This document shows, one piece after another, positions 19,705 through 29,769 of a stretch of DNA of 64,000 nt; the first letter of the stretch is position 1; every line of letters starts with the position of its first letter. The notes beneath the pieces were generated by a model, which worked only from the letters and a program-made list of their open reading frames with translations, did not search any database and was not told where the DNA came from. Both the position numbers and the translations under genes were made by a program. The stretch spans positions 32,001 through 96,000 of the forward strand of contig JAQBUT010000006.1 of assembly GCA_027623195.1 (NCBI GenBank). Direction: 5' to 3'. The DNA comes from Chloroflexota bacterium. Its GTDB lineage: Bacteria; Chloroflexota; Dehalococcoidia; Lucifugimonadales; JADFKI01.

Positions 19705-20817
19705 ATGACCCAGGAAGAGTTGAAGGCCCTTATCCGCACGGTGGGCGACGGCACCGGTCTATCGAACGATGAACTGATATACCCGGAGGAGCTTGCGCTT
19801 GCCTTCCGCAATCGGGGACTGCCATTGGAGGGCATCCGTTATCCAATAACACCCACGGGTATGCACTACCTGCTGACGCACTTCGACATTCCGGACGTGG
19901 ATGTGACCACCTGGAAACTAAAGCTGCACGGCCTGGTCTCCAACCAGATATCTTTAAGTCTGGAAAACTTGAGGAACCTTCCCAGTGTAAGCCAGCCCGT
20001 TACCATGGAGTGCGCAGGCAACGGACGAGCGCGCCTCACTCCCCGTCCCATCAGCCAGCCCTGGCTACTGGAAGCCATTGGCACCGCAGAGTGGGGAGGC
20101 ACTCCGCTGAGAGGCGTACTGGAGCAGGCGGGTGTTAGCGCCACCGCTACGGAAATCCTGTTCACGGGCCGCGACGAGGGCCTGCAGGGCGGCGAGGTGC
20201 AACTCTACCAGCGCAGCCTGACGGTCGAGGAGGCCATGCGCGATGAGGTGCTGCTGGCCTACGAAATGAATGGAGCGCCCCTGGAACCTCAACACGGATA
20301 CCCGTTGCGTCTGATCGTGCCTAGCTGGTACGGCATGACCAGCGTGAAGTGGCTGGACAGCATCGAGGCCATCCCCGAGCATTTCGATGGCTACCAGATG
20401 GACCAGACGTACCGCTACACGGTCTCCCGCGACAAACCTGGGGAACCAGTCACCACCATGCGAGTGCGTTCGCTCATGGTGCCGCCGGGCATCCCCGAGT
20501 TCCTGACACGCACCCGCCTTGCCTATGCCGGCGAGATTACCGTGACGGGAAGGGCATGGGCAGGCCGACAACGTGTCACCAAGGTAGAGTTCAGCGACGA
20601 CGACGGCATGAACTGGATTGAAGCCGACCTAGGAGAACAGGTGGGGCAGTACGCATGGACGGGATGGTCCTACCAGTGGCATGCTACGCTGGGGCGTCAC
20701 TTCCTGCGGGTTCGCGCCACCGACTCCGAAGGCAACACGCAGCCCTCGGACCAGCCGTGGACGCTGCAGGGCATGGGCAACAACATGACTCAACGCGTAG
20801 AGGTAATCGTCAGGTAG
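19705..20817 (+). CDS. Sulfite oxidase family molybdoenzyme
   Basis: TMECAGNGR, LAYEMNG.PL...HGYPLRLIVP.WYGMTSVKWL, VRATD; RBS AAGGAG. Confidence 0.93.
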   Translation: MTQEELKALIRTVGDGTGLSNDELIYPEELALAFRNRGLPLEGIRYPITPTGMHYLLTHFDIPDVDVTTWKLKLHGLVSNQISLSLENLRNLPSVSQPVTMECAGNGRARLTPRPISQPWLLEAIGTAEWGGTPLRGVLEQAGVSATATEILFTGRDEGLQGGEVQLYQRSLTVEEAMRDEVLLAYEMNGAPLEPQHGYPLRLIVPSWYGMTSVKWLDSIEAIPEHFDGYQMDQTYRYTVSRDKPGEPVTTMRVRSLMVPPGIPEFLTRTRLAYAGEITVTGRAWAGRQRVTKVEFSDDDGMNWIEADLGEQVGQYAWTGWSYQWHATLGRHFLRVRATDSEGNTQPSDQPWTLQGMGNNMTQRVEVIVR

Positions 20818-21002
20818 CCCATAACCAGGCCGAATAGGGGCGGGAGTTCGCGAGCCTGGGGGCGTTTCCATATTACGGTCCTTTGGCTGGCCGTTGTTCA
20901 CCCTCTGCGAAAAAAGGTAACCAGCGGCAAATCGCAAATAAATCCAGGAAGGGCCATCTGCATCTCAATGGCAACATGATGAAATTTATTGGGAGGGTAC
21001 GG

Positions 21003-21212
21003 ATGGCTGAGCAAATGACCCAAAAGCCAATTTTTCGCAGAGGATGGCTGGTGTCGCTCATATGGGCGACGGTGGTTGTGGGCGTATCAATCATACTGAG
21101 CGCAACTGTAAACCCGCTGTTCGAACGATACGTCCACTGGGACTGGATGGCCTTCATTGCGCCGGTGTCCTTCGTGCTTCTAACGCTGGCCTTCCGACGA
21201 CGCTGGGTGTGA
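21003..21212 (+). CDS. Small 2-TM membrane protein (69 aa)
   Basis: RBS GGGAGG before ATG 21003; two hydrophobic helices, basic C-terminus. Confidence 0.65.
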   Translation: MAEQMTQKPIFRRGWLVSLIWATVVVGVSIILSATVNPLFERYVHWDWMAFIAPVSFVLLTLAFRRRWV

Positions 21213-21333
21213 TTTCTTGATCGCTGTGCAGGCCGGTTTTGGCCCATCCTTTCACCCGCTCAGGATGAACGGAGAATTACCCGGACTTCAGGGCGCCTGC
21301 CAAACGATCATCTTGAGGTAGGAAGAAAAAAAT

Positions 21334-22344
21334 ATGTCCACGACGACTGACTGGTTCGATAAGGTACCCAAGGTAGAGCTGCACCTGCATCTGGAGGGGG
21401 CCATTCCTCGTCCTGCGCTGTGGGAGCTTATGCAGAAGTACGGCGGCGACCCTTCCGTGCCGGACATGGAGGCGCTCGACAAAAAATTCACGTATGCAGA
21501 TTTCCCCGAGTTCATTCAGGCGTGGATATGGAAGAACCAGTTCCTGCGGGAGTACGAGGATTTTTCTTATTTCAGCGAGGCCTTTGCGCGTGAACTAGTG
21601 CGACAGAACATTCGATATGCTGAAGCCTTCTTCTCGCCAGTTCGCTTTACCGAGGTTGGTCTGGAAACCAGCAAGCTGTTCGAAGCGGTTCGCCAGGGGC
21701 TGAACAAGGTGCCGGAGGTCGAGGTGGCGTTGATTGCCGACCTGGTGCGGGACTACGGTCCGGAGCAGGCGGTGACGACGCTACAGGAGATCCAGGAGGC
21801 GCGCGACAACGGCATCGTCGGCATAGGCATCGGCGGGTCGGAACACAACTTTCCACCGGAGCTTTTTACCGATGCCTACGACCAGGCTCGTGGGATGGGC
21901 TTTCACGTCACGGCCCACGCAGGCGAGGCTGCGGGAGCAGAAAGCGTCTGGGGAGCTATACGACACCTGAAGGCGGAGCGGATCGGACACGGCGTGCGGT
22001 CCCACGAGGACGAGGCGCTTCTGGACCACCTGGCGGAGTCGAAAATTCCACTGGAGATGTGCCCTCACTCCAACGTCTGCACCCAGATTGTGGATTCGAT
22101 AGAGGCGCACCCGGTTAAGGATTACTTCGACCGCGGCATCATGGTCACCGTGAACACAGACGACCCGGGTATGTTCGGCAACACGCTGTCGGGTGAATTC
22201 CGACTGCTGCACGAACGCCTGGGCTTCTCGCAGGACGAGGTGCGGCAGGTCATCCTCAACGGCATCCAGGCCACGTGGCTGTCGGAAGGGCGGAAGGCCG
22301 CGTTGAAAGCAGAGTTCACTTCGGACGAGGCGTGGGCGGGGTAG
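21334..22344 (+). CDS. add: Adenosine/adenine deaminase
   Basis: PKVELHLHLEG, HAGE, RIGHG, CPHSN, NTDDP. Confidence 0.93.
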   Translation: MSTTTDWFDKVPKVELHLHLEGAIPRPALWELMQKYGGDPSVPDMEALDKKFTYADFPEFIQAWIWKNQFLREYEDFSYFSEAFARELVRQNIRYAEAFFSPVRFTEVGLETSKLFEAVRQGLNKVPEVEVALIADLVRDYGPEQAVTTLQEIQEARDNGIVGIGIGGSEHNFPPELFTDAYDQARGMGFHVTAHAGEAAGAESVWGAIRHLKAERIGHGVRSHEDEALLDHLAESKIPLEMCPHSNVCTQIVDSIEAHPVKDYFDRGIMVTVNTDDPGMFGNTLSGEFRLLHERLGFSQDEVRQVILNGIQATWLSEGRKAALKAEFTSDEAWAG

Positions 22345-22346
22345 GT

Positions 22347-23186
22347 CTACCCCTTCCAGCCGACGGCTTCGCAGTGGGCGTTGGCAAAGAACGAGTCCGG
22401 GTGCCGACCGAACTCGCGAATGGCCAGGGCCAACTCATTCATCTTTCGTTCGTCAGCGAGGCCTGACTCAATCACTCTATCAATGAACGCTGGTTCTTCG
22501 CAGGCAGTTGCAAAAATGTCCATCATACTTGTTAGCGATTCCTCCGTCGGATTCTTGTCATATGAACCCTGGGCGAAAAGTCGCTTGAACCCGGCATCAC
22601 GTAGTAGAACTCTTAGCCTCCTACCCATATATGGTGTGCCGCTAACTTTCAGCCAGTCCTCTAAGAAAATGTTCAGGGCCGATCTAAACCGTTTCTCAAC
22701 CGGACCGAACGCCAGCAACCCGCTCGCATCAACATCTCGCACGCCAATCACACCCCCTGGCTTGAGGACTCGCTGCATTTCCTCAAATGCTTTCAGAGGA
22801 TCTTGAAGATGCTCCGGCATGTTGTGGGAGAATACGGCGTCGAAAGTGTTCTCCGGGAACGGAAGTTCATACGCGCTGGCAACTTCGAAGCGGACATTGG
22901 TTACCCCCCGCTCGACAGCGAGTCTCTGTGCCAAAGCAATAGAGCTTTCACCCACGTCTATGCCAATGACCTGCCCAGGAGCAACGCGTTCCGCCAGGCC
23001 CACGGTTATGGAACCAGGGCCGCACCCGCAGTCAAGCAGGCTCATTCCAGGCTTTAAGTAGGGCAGGAAGAAAGCTGCATTGGCCTCGGCCGTCCGGCCA
23101 GCATGGTATTCGGTGGTCATGACCGAATCATAGCTGAAGGCGTATTCGTCTTTTTGAAGGTCTTGGTCGCCGGGGGCATTAGCCAT
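22347..23186 (-). CDS. Class I SAM-dependent methyltransferase
   Basis: LLDCGCGPGSIT, LPFPENTFDAV, RVLKPGG; RBS AAGGAG before ATG 23186. Confidence 0.9.
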   Translation of the reverse strand: MANAPGDQDLQKDEYAFSYDSVMTTEYHAGRTAEANAAFFLPYLKPGMSLLDCGCGPGSITVGLAERVAPGQVIGIDVGESSIALAQRLAVERGVTNVRFEVASAYELPFPENTFDAVFSHNMPEHLQDPLKAFEEMQRVLKPGGVIGVRDVDASGLLAFGPVEKRFRSALNIFLEDWLKVSGTPYMGRRLRVLLRDAGFKRLFAQGSYDKNPTEESLTSMMDIFATACEEPAFIDRVIESGLADERKMNELALAIREFGRHPDSFFANAHCEAVGWKG

Positions 23187-23430
23187 TATTCGTCGTCTCC
23201 TTATTACGGATACGTTCTTGCCAGTCTGACGGGCCTGATATAACATCGGGCGCGAAAGGTGTCTGTGAGTGTTTGGAGGCTTCCCTCTCTATTCATCAAC
23301 GCAGCAATCCCCATCTAGAAGGAAGGGAATAATTCCCTGACAATTAATGGCACCCTCACAACTTAACTCTGTAAGGACGGCTTTCGCGCAGATAAAACAC
23401 TGAAATCCACATGAAAGGCCACACAGAACA

Positions 23431-24612
23431 ATGACAGACCTACTACTCAAAGGCGGCGAGGTAATCGACCCGGCGCAGAACATCAGGGCAAAGCTGGACG
23501 TTGCCGTCAAGGACGGCGTCATCAGTCAGGTTGCGGCGGACATCGACCCCAGCGGATTCGCGCAGGTTATCAACGTCGCGGGCAACATCGTCATACCCGG
23601 CATGATCGACCTGCACACCCACGTCTACGAGGGCGTGAACCAGACGGGCGTAAGTCCGGATATCGCCGGCGTGCGCTCAGGCGTCACCACCGTGGTCGAT
23701 GCTGGAAGCTCAGGCTGCTACAGCTTCGGCGGATTTCCAAAGTTTGTTGTGCCTAACAACAAGACACGCATCGTCTGCATGCTGCACATCTCCCGCGTCG
23801 GCCTTATCTACCAGCCAGACACGGCCAGCCGCGCGGACATCGATGTGGAAGAAACAGTACGGGTAATCAAGGCCAACAGGCCGCTTATCCAGGGCGTCAA
23901 AATACGCGCAGTGGGTCCAGGGGTTCGGGACATGGGCATCGAGATGATCAAGCTGGCCAAGCAGGCCGCCACAGAGGGAGGCGTTCGCCTCATGGTGCAC
24001 ATCGGCGACAGGACCATCGCGAGCGGCGGCGGCCCCACTCTTACGCAAGAGCTACTGCCACTGCTGGAAAAGGGCGACATCATCACTCACCTGTTCAGCG
24101 GCAACCCAGGACGCATCGTTGGTGACGACGGCAAGGTCATTCCAGAGATTCTGGAGGCACAGGAGCGCGGTGTCTTCCTGGACACGGCCCACGGCAGACA
24201 AAACTTCAGCTTCGATGTCGCCAAGAGAGCGGTGGAAGGGGGCGTGAAGCCTCTGAGTATCAGCACCGACCTGACTATCCCCGGACGGCAACTCACTGTT
24301 CACAGTATGACGGAGATGCTCTCTCGGTTTTTGGCGCTGGGCTTCCCGCTGGAAGAGGTAGTACGCATGTCCACCATCAACCCGGCCTCGGCACTGAACA
24401 TGCAGGACACGCTGGGCACTCTGCAGGTTGGCCGTTTGGCCGACATCAGCGTCCTAAAGGAAGAGACAGGCGACTGGGTCTTCCACGACACCCAGGGCGA
24501 CACCCTCAGAGGCGACAAGGCGATGGTGCCGGTGGTGACGATCAAAGACGGCGAGGTCTTCGCTCCCGACTGGGGCCCCCGCCCATGGGGATGGTTGCCG
24601 GATTCGGCATAA
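23431..24612 (+). CDS. Amidohydrolase/deacetylase family metallohydrolase (dihydroorotase-like)
   Basis: PGMIDLHTH, SGVTTVVDAGS, GVKIR, MVHIG, ITH, ISTDL. Confidence 0.88.
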   Translation: MTDLLLKGGEVIDPAQNIRAKLDVAVKDGVISQVAADIDPSGFAQVINVAGNIVIPGMIDLHTHVYEGVNQTGVSPDIAGVRSGVTTVVDAGSSGCYSFGGFPKFVVPNNKTRIVCMLHISRVGLIYQPDTASRADIDVEETVRVIKANRPLIQGVKIRAVGPGVRDMGIEMIKLAKQAATEGGVRLMVHIGDRTIASGGGPTLTQELLPLLEKGDIITHLFSGNPGRIVGDDGKVIPEILEAQERGVFLDTAHGRQNFSFDVAKRAVEGGVKPLSISTDLTIPGRQLTVHSMTEMLSRFLALGFPLEEVVRMSTINPASALNMQDTLGTLQVGRLADISVLKEETGDWVFHDTQGDTLRGDKAMVPVVTIKDGEVFAPDWGPRPWGWLPDSA

Positions 24613-24647
24613 CAGCCACCCCGCTCATTAGCACAGCCAAATATGCG

Positions 24648-24692
24648 AAAATACAGGGCAGGCCGAAAACCTGCCCTGTGTTTTGCAGTTTC
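24648..24692 (+). terminator. Hairpin/terminator between amidohydrolase and enoyl-CoA hydratase
   Basis: AAAATACAGGGCAGG / CCTGCCCTGTGTTTT stem, T-rich tail. Confidence 0.6.
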
Positions 24693-24711
24693 TTGTTTAT
24701 GGAGTGAAAGA

Positions 24712-25500
24712 GTGACAGACAACATCCTTGTAGAAAAGGCCGACGGTATCGCCACAGTGACGTTCAACCGGCCCGACCAGCGCAACGCCATAGAATACCT
24801 CGGCTGGCTGGAATTGAAGCGCATTGCAATCGAGTTGGAGCGTGACGAAGAGGTCAGGGTAGTGGTCTTCACTGGCGCGGGCGACAAGGCGTTCTCCGCT
24901 GGCGCAGACATAAAGGACTTCGAACTTTACCGCAGCAACTCGAAGATTGCAGAGGTTTACGCCGACGCCTTCGACGGGGCCATGGACGAGGTGGAAGCCA
25001 TGTCCAAACCTACCATTTCTATGATTCAGGGCTTCTGCGTCGGCGGGGGATGCGAGTTCTCCATGGCAACAGACATACGCATTGCGGCCGAGGGCAGCAC
25101 CTTCGGTATACCCATCGCTCGCCTGGGCATCCTTGTGGGCTACGGCGAGATGCGAAGGCTGGTCACGCTGGTCGGCCCCGGCAACGCGTCGTACATACTG
25201 CTTAGCGGCAGACTCATCGAAACGCAGGAGGCCAACGACATGGGCCTGCTAACCAAGGTTGTTCCGGTGAATGAGCTAAACAAGTACACCTACAAGCTGG
25301 CTGGCGAAATGGCTGAGTTGGCGCCCCTGTCACACGCCCGCAACAAACGCATACGCGACATAGTGCTGCGCAACACCCGGCCTACAGGCCTTTCGCCAAA
25401 CGAGGAACGCCTGCCGTATACCAACTTCGACAGCGCAGATTTTCACGAGGGCCGCAAAGCCTTCATCGAGAGAAGAAAGCCCAAGTTTACCGGACTGTAA
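24712..25500 (+). CDS. Enoyl-CoA hydratase/isomerase
   Basis: NRPDQRNA, FSAGADI, GFCVGGG.E, DIRIA, EGRKAF.E.RKPKF.G; GTG start with GGAG RBS. Confidence 0.92.
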   Translation: MTDNILVEKADGIATVTFNRPDQRNAIEYLGWLELKRIAIELERDEEVRVVVFTGAGDKAFSAGADIKDFELYRSNSKIAEVYADAFDGAMDEVEAMSKPTISMIQGFCVGGGCEFSMATDIRIAAEGSTFGIPIARLGILVGYGEMRRLVTLVGPGNASYILLSGRLIETQEANDMGLLTKVVPVNELNKYTYKLAGEMAELAPLSHARNKRIRDIVLRNTRPTGLSPNEERLPYTNFDSADFHEGRKAFIERRKPKFTGL

Positions 25501-25552
25501 GGGCCTTCCCACACATACAAGAGAACGAAAGATTCATAATCGGAGCTTAGAA

Positions 25553-26749
25553 ATGACTAACGCACTGCCCTTGGATGGAATCACCGTAGTGGACTTCAGC
25601 CAGATACTAGCCGGACCGTTCTGCACCATGATGCTGGCTGACATGGGAGCCGATGTAATCAAGGTGGAGAAGCCCAATGGTGGAGACGACACCCGCCGCT
25701 ACGGGCCACCCTTCATCAATGGTGAATCGGCTGCGTTCCTAACGCTGAACCGCAATAAGCGCAGCATGATCCTGGACCTGAAGCAGGAAGACGGCATCCG
25801 TATCGCAAAGCAGATGCTGAGCCAGGCCGACGTTATGGTCCACAACTTTCGCCCCGGCGTAATTGACCGCATGGGCCTGGGCTACAAGGACGTCCATGAA
25901 CTCAATCCGGCCATCGTCTACTGCACGGTATCGGGCTTCGGCACCACAGGGCCGTACGCCTCCAAGGCGGGCTTCGACCTCATCGCACAGGGCATGAGCG
26001 GCCTCATGAGCGTCAACGGGTTCCCAGATGCGCCGCCGGCCAAGATCGGCGTACCAATTGCTGACCTGAACACAGGCATGTTCGCGGCTTTCGGCGTCCT
26101 GACGGCGTACGTTAATCGACTGAAGACAGGGCAGGGCCAGCATGTGGACGCCGCGCTCCTGGATTCGGGCATCGCATACTCGCTGTACGAGTCGGCGACC
26201 TACTTCGCCACAAACGAGGTCTCTGGGCCACTAGGCTCAGCGCATCGCATGATCGCCCCCTATCAGGCCTTCGCCACAAAGGACGGCTACCTCAACTTGG
26301 GCGCAGCCAACCAGAACAACTGGCAGCGCATGTGCACAGCAGTAGGCCGGTTGGACTTACTGGAGGACGAACGCTTTGCCTCCAACGCAGAGCGCATGGT
26401 GCATATAGAGGATTTGACTCCTATCATGGAGCAGACATTCAAGAGCGAGACCACTGCCCATTGGGTAGAACTTCTGGAGGGCGCTGGCGTACCGACAGGG
26501 CCGATCTACAAAGTGGACGAAGTCTACGCCGACCCACATGTTCAGGCCCGCAATATGGCCGTCGAGGTGGAGCACCCGATTGCAGGGCACATTCGCAACA
26601 TCGGCGTGCCTGTAAAGCTATCCGAAACTCCCGGCTCCGTGCGCGTGGCAGCGCCTGTGCTTGGCGCGGATACAGACGACGTCCTGATCCAGTTCGGGTT
26701 TTCTGAGTCCGAAATAGCTGGGTTCAAGGAAAGCGGGGCGGCAAGCTAA
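25553..26749 (+). CDS. CaiB/BaiF family III CoA-transferase
   Basis: LAGPFCTMMLADMGADVIKVE, NRNKRS, NFRPG, SGFG.TGPY. Confidence 0.94.
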   Translation: MTNALPLDGITVVDFSQILAGPFCTMMLADMGADVIKVEKPNGGDDTRRYGPPFINGESAAFLTLNRNKRSMILDLKQEDGIRIAKQMLSQADVMVHNFRPGVIDRMGLGYKDVHELNPAIVYCTVSGFGTTGPYASKAGFDLIAQGMSGLMSVNGFPDAPPAKIGVPIADLNTGMFAAFGVLTAYVNRLKTGQGQHVDAALLDSGIAYSLYESATYFATNEVSGPLGSAHRMIAPYQAFATKDGYLNLGAANQNNWQRMCTAVGRLDLLEDERFASNAERMVHIEDLTPIMEQTFKSETTAHWVELLEGAGVPTGPIYKVDEVYADPHVQARNMAVEVEHPIAGHIRNIGVPVKLSETPGSVRVAAPVLGADTDDVLIQFGFSESEIAGFKESGAAS

Positions 26750-26797
26750 CGTTAGAATGCGCTATATCATTATCCGAACGAATGGGAGGATAAAAGA

Positions 26798-27583
26798 GTG
26801 CCATACGTCAGAAGTGGAAACGCGGAAATCTACTACGAGGTACACGGCGAAGGTCCGCCTATAACCTTTAGCCACGGCGCAGGTGGCAACACGCTGGTCT
26901 GGTACAACCAGGTGCCATACTTTGCCAAAGACCACACTGTGCTGACCTTCGATCACAGAGGGTGGGGCCGGTCCCAATGCAAGCGCGAGGACAAGCACGC
27001 AAAATTCTTCGCCGACGACCTCAAGGCCGTACTAGACGACGCAGGCATAGAGCGGACGGCGCTGGTATGCCAGTCAATGGGCGGCTGGACGGGAATGCAC
27101 TTCACACTGGATAATCCAGGCCGAGTCTCATGCATCGTGCTTTCTGGCACGCCAGGGGGTATCGCTACTCCAAGAGTAATCGAAGCAAGAGCAGCCAGGG
27201 CGCGCAGTCGCACCATCGATCTGGACAGACCCATACCATGGAACGAGCCTCACCTGGCTCTAGCAGCCGACGCATTCCAACGCGACCCAAGCATGGCGTT
27301 TATGTACCGCCTTCTGGCAGGACTAAACCCACCCATCGGCGATACCGGCACTGGCGACATGGGAATCTCGCCGAGCAGACTTGACGGCTATGCGATCCCC
27401 ACACTGATGATATCCGGCAGCCAGGACCGCATATTTCCACCGGACATTCTTGAAGATGTTTCCAAGGTAATTCCGGGAGCCCAGCTACACAGCATTCCAC
27501 AGGCAGGCCACTCGCCATATTTTGAGACACCTGAGGAGTTCAACCGTGTGGTAGGAGAGTTCGTGGGGAAGTACGGGGGATAG
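26798..27583 (+). CDS. Alpha/beta hydrolase
   Basis: HGAGG, DHRGWG.S, nucleophile elbow CQSMGG, GHSPYFE. Confidence 0.9.
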   Translation: MPYVRSGNAEIYYEVHGEGPPITFSHGAGGNTLVWYNQVPYFAKDHTVLTFDHRGWGRSQCKREDKHAKFFADDLKAVLDDAGIERTALVCQSMGGWTGMHFTLDNPGRVSCIVLSGTPGGIATPRVIEARAARARSRTIDLDRPIPWNEPHLALAADAFQRDPSMAFMYRLLAGLNPPIGDTGTGDMGISPSRLDGYAIPTLMISGSQDRIFPPDILEDVSKVIPGAQLHSIPQAGHSPYFETPEEFNRVVGEFVGKYGG

Positions 27584-27692
27584 GTTTGGCTGCAGTCATG
27601 ACATGTACGGCATGTTGATGTGGAAGAGCCTGGGGATTTATAGATAACCTGTCGCTATTATCAGGACGAGGCGAAGACTTGATATATATATA

Positions 27693-27731
27693 CAAAGCCC
27701 CACACTGGATCAGATCCGGTGTGAGGCTTTG
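27693..27731. terminator. Long hairpin between convergent genes
   Basis: CAAAGCCCCACACTGGATC / GATCCGGTGTGAGGCTTTG. Confidence 0.7.
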
Positions 27732-27819
27732 CTGAATCTTGAACTTAAGAAACTGTTGGGAAGCAGACCCTTTTAAGCTTATTAACTAAGCTTTAAAAAG
27801 CCCATGTCCCTCAGGCTCA

Positions 27820-28149
27820 TTATCGGTAGGAACTGCTGCCTGAGCGTTGCTGGCTAAAGCAGTCGCTGCAGTAAACAGGCTTGTCGCCTCGGGGCAGGAA
27901 AGGCACTTCGGTGTCCTTGCCACATTGGGCACAGACAGCTGGGTGCATTTCGCGAGGTCCTGAACGGAATCCTCCGCCCATTCCTCCTCCTCCGCCGCCG
28001 CCATTGTTGCGTCGCGCCTGTCGGCAGGATGTGCAACGCTTTGGCTCGTTCGTGTAGCCCTTGTCGGCGTGATATTGCTGATCGTCAGCGGTGAATACGA
28101 AACTCTGATTACACTCTACGCATGTTAGGTCTCTATCTTGATAAGACAG
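27820..28149 (-). CDS. Zinc-ribbon + CxxC-x17-CxxC domain protein with Gly-rich linker (probable CTG start)
   Basis: LTCVEC..F.FT..DQ..H..KGY.NEPKRC..CR, poly-G linker, REMHPAVCAQCG..VPF.P..DKPVYCSDCF. Confidence 0.9.
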   Translation of the reverse strand: MSYQDRDLTCVECNQSFVFTADDQQYHADKGYTNEPKRCTSCRQARRNNGGGGGGGMGGGFRSGPREMHPAVCAQCGKDTEVPFLPRGDKPVYCSDCFSQQRSGSSSYR

Positions 28150-28328
28150 TGGAAATCTCCTCTTATAGGAAAAAATTGGACTACAGACGATCACCAGGAA
28201 GTTTGCCTTACGGACAATAATCACGGAGACAGTTGTGCAGAACTATTACTAGCATAGCATACGTTTGAGATTTTCGATAGGAATATTTTGGCATTGAACC
28301 AAATGTCGAGATAAAATGGTCCAAAAAG

Positions 28329-28982
28329 CTACATTGGCAATACGTAAGCCGCAACCACAAGGTAAAACATACTGCTGGCCATGACTACCATCAAATGAAA
28401 AACCTCATGAAAGCCAAATGCCTGTGGAAACGGATTGGGCCAGCGAAACAGGTACATAAGGCTTCCCAAGGTGTAGGTCAGACCGCCGGCGGTCAACAGA
28501 AAGTTGGCTTCAATTGGCAGCGCATTTGCGATCTGCACAAAGGGAATGAGACCAATCCACCCTATTAATATATATATGCTCACCCCCAACCAGCGAGGGG
28601 CCTGCGGCAAGGTCAATTTCAATATTATCCCAATACCTGCCAATCCCCACACCACCGACAAGATCGAAATACCCCATGCGTTATCCAGTATCTTCAGTGC
28701 AAAAGGCGTGTAAGTGCCCCCGATAAGAAAGAATATCATCGAGTGGTCAAACCTTCTTAGAACACCGAGGTGGCTGGACTCCAGGGGAGTAAGGTGATAC
28801 ATCGCGCTGGCTGTATACATGAGGATCAGACTGGTTCCAAATACGGCGGCCCCGGCATAGCCCTGCGGGGAATCCGCAATTAGAAGTAACAGCACCAGAG
28901 CAAATGGCGTGACAATAGCGGCAACGAGGTGGAGGTAGCCCCTCAACAGGGGACGAGTCGCCGAATTTATACGAGCATCCAT
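28329..28982 (-). CDS. Hemolysin III / PAQR family membrane protein
   Basis: SAMYH, RRFDHSMIF..IGGTYTP, GFHEVFH. Confidence 0.92.
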   Translation of the reverse strand: MDARINSATRPLLRGYLHLVAAIVTPFALVLLLLIADSPQGYAGAAVFGTSLILMYTASAMYHLTPLESSHLGVLRRFDHSMIFFLIGGTYTPFALKILDNAWGISILSVVWGLAGIGIILKLTLPQAPRWLGVSIYILIGWIGLIPFVQIANALPIEANFLLTAGGLTYTLGSLMYLFRWPNPFPQAFGFHEVFHLMVVMASSMFYLVVAAYVLPM

Positions 28983-29124
28983 TTACCAATTCCGCCTGGC
29001 CGGAGGATTCACCAACTCCACAAGCTTACTAGATTTCGGTGGCTCAGTGCTTCCCCCAAAATAGCTAAAATCATCAACGAACCGGTGGCGGGGGCCTGTC
29101 ATTCAAGGCGTTTTTACTACAAGA

Positions 29125-29205
29125 TTGCAATATGTGCACATAGATATTATAATGGGATATATTGAATACATTCACAATAGAGTATTATAATAATATATGC
29201 ATACA
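29125..29205 (+). promoter_or_regulatory. Tandem sigma70 promoters with palindromic operator candidates upstream of the MarR gene
   Basis: TTGCAA-17-TATAAT (29125-29153) and TTGAAT-18-TATAAT (29162-29191); perfect palindrome TATGTGCACATA at 29131-29142. Confidence 0.65.
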
Positions 29206-29685
29206 CTAAATACGGAGCAATCGGTTGATTCTCTGAGCCTCTCCTTAATAGAGGCTCTTGGTAGTTTCGAGAGGGCTTATGCCAGATGGGTTGAGGCCCC
29301 TCTCCAGAATAGCGACCTGACCTATGCCCGCATTAGGTTGCTTGGCGTTTTAAGCCGCAAGGGTCCTCAAATCATGAGCGCCCTCAGTGATGAGCTTATT
29401 GTGAGTCCTCGCAACATCACTGCGCTGGTGGACGCCTTAGAAGCCTCTGCTCTGGCACGACGCAGCCCGCACCCCACCGACCGTAGGGCCACTGTAATTG
29501 AGCTTACCCCGAAGGGTATGGAAACCTGCAGCACCATGTACACGAAACACGCCTTCGCTGTATCGGAGCTGTTCTCCAACTTTTCCACACATGATCAAGG
29601 GGAACTTCTCCGCCTATTGAATCTAATGGGTACCGAACTGGAACGCAGAGGGATAATCGACGAATATCCCCGGAACGACGCCTAG
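29197..29685 (+). CDS. MarR family transcriptional regulator
   Basis: GP..MS.LS.EL.VSPRNIT.LVD.LE, R.PHPTDRRA..IELTPKG. Confidence 0.92.
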   Translation: MHTLNTEQSVDSLSLSLIEALGSFERAYARWVEAPLQNSDLTYARIRLLGVLSRKGPQIMSALSDELIVSPRNITALVDALEASALARRSPHPTDRRATVIELTPKGMETCSTMYTKHAFAVSELFSNFSTHDQGELLRLLNLMGTELERRGIIDEYPRNDA

Positions 29686-29769
29686 TATGTGCCATACCTG
29701 CTATCGGTCCCTTTTATGTACGCCAGACAAAACCACCGATCGTTCAAACGTTCGGATAGGTCGTTCCAA

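Noticed and set aside
27681..27692. (TA)n run
   Set aside because: Too short; low-complexity flank of a terminator
27972..28002. CCT/CCG triplet repeats
   Set aside because: Encode the Gly-rich linker of the zinc-ribbon protein
29741..29768. CGTTC repeated three times, possible SOS box
   Set aside because: Direct repeats with spacing that fits neither GAAC-N4-GTTC nor GTTC-N7-GTTC
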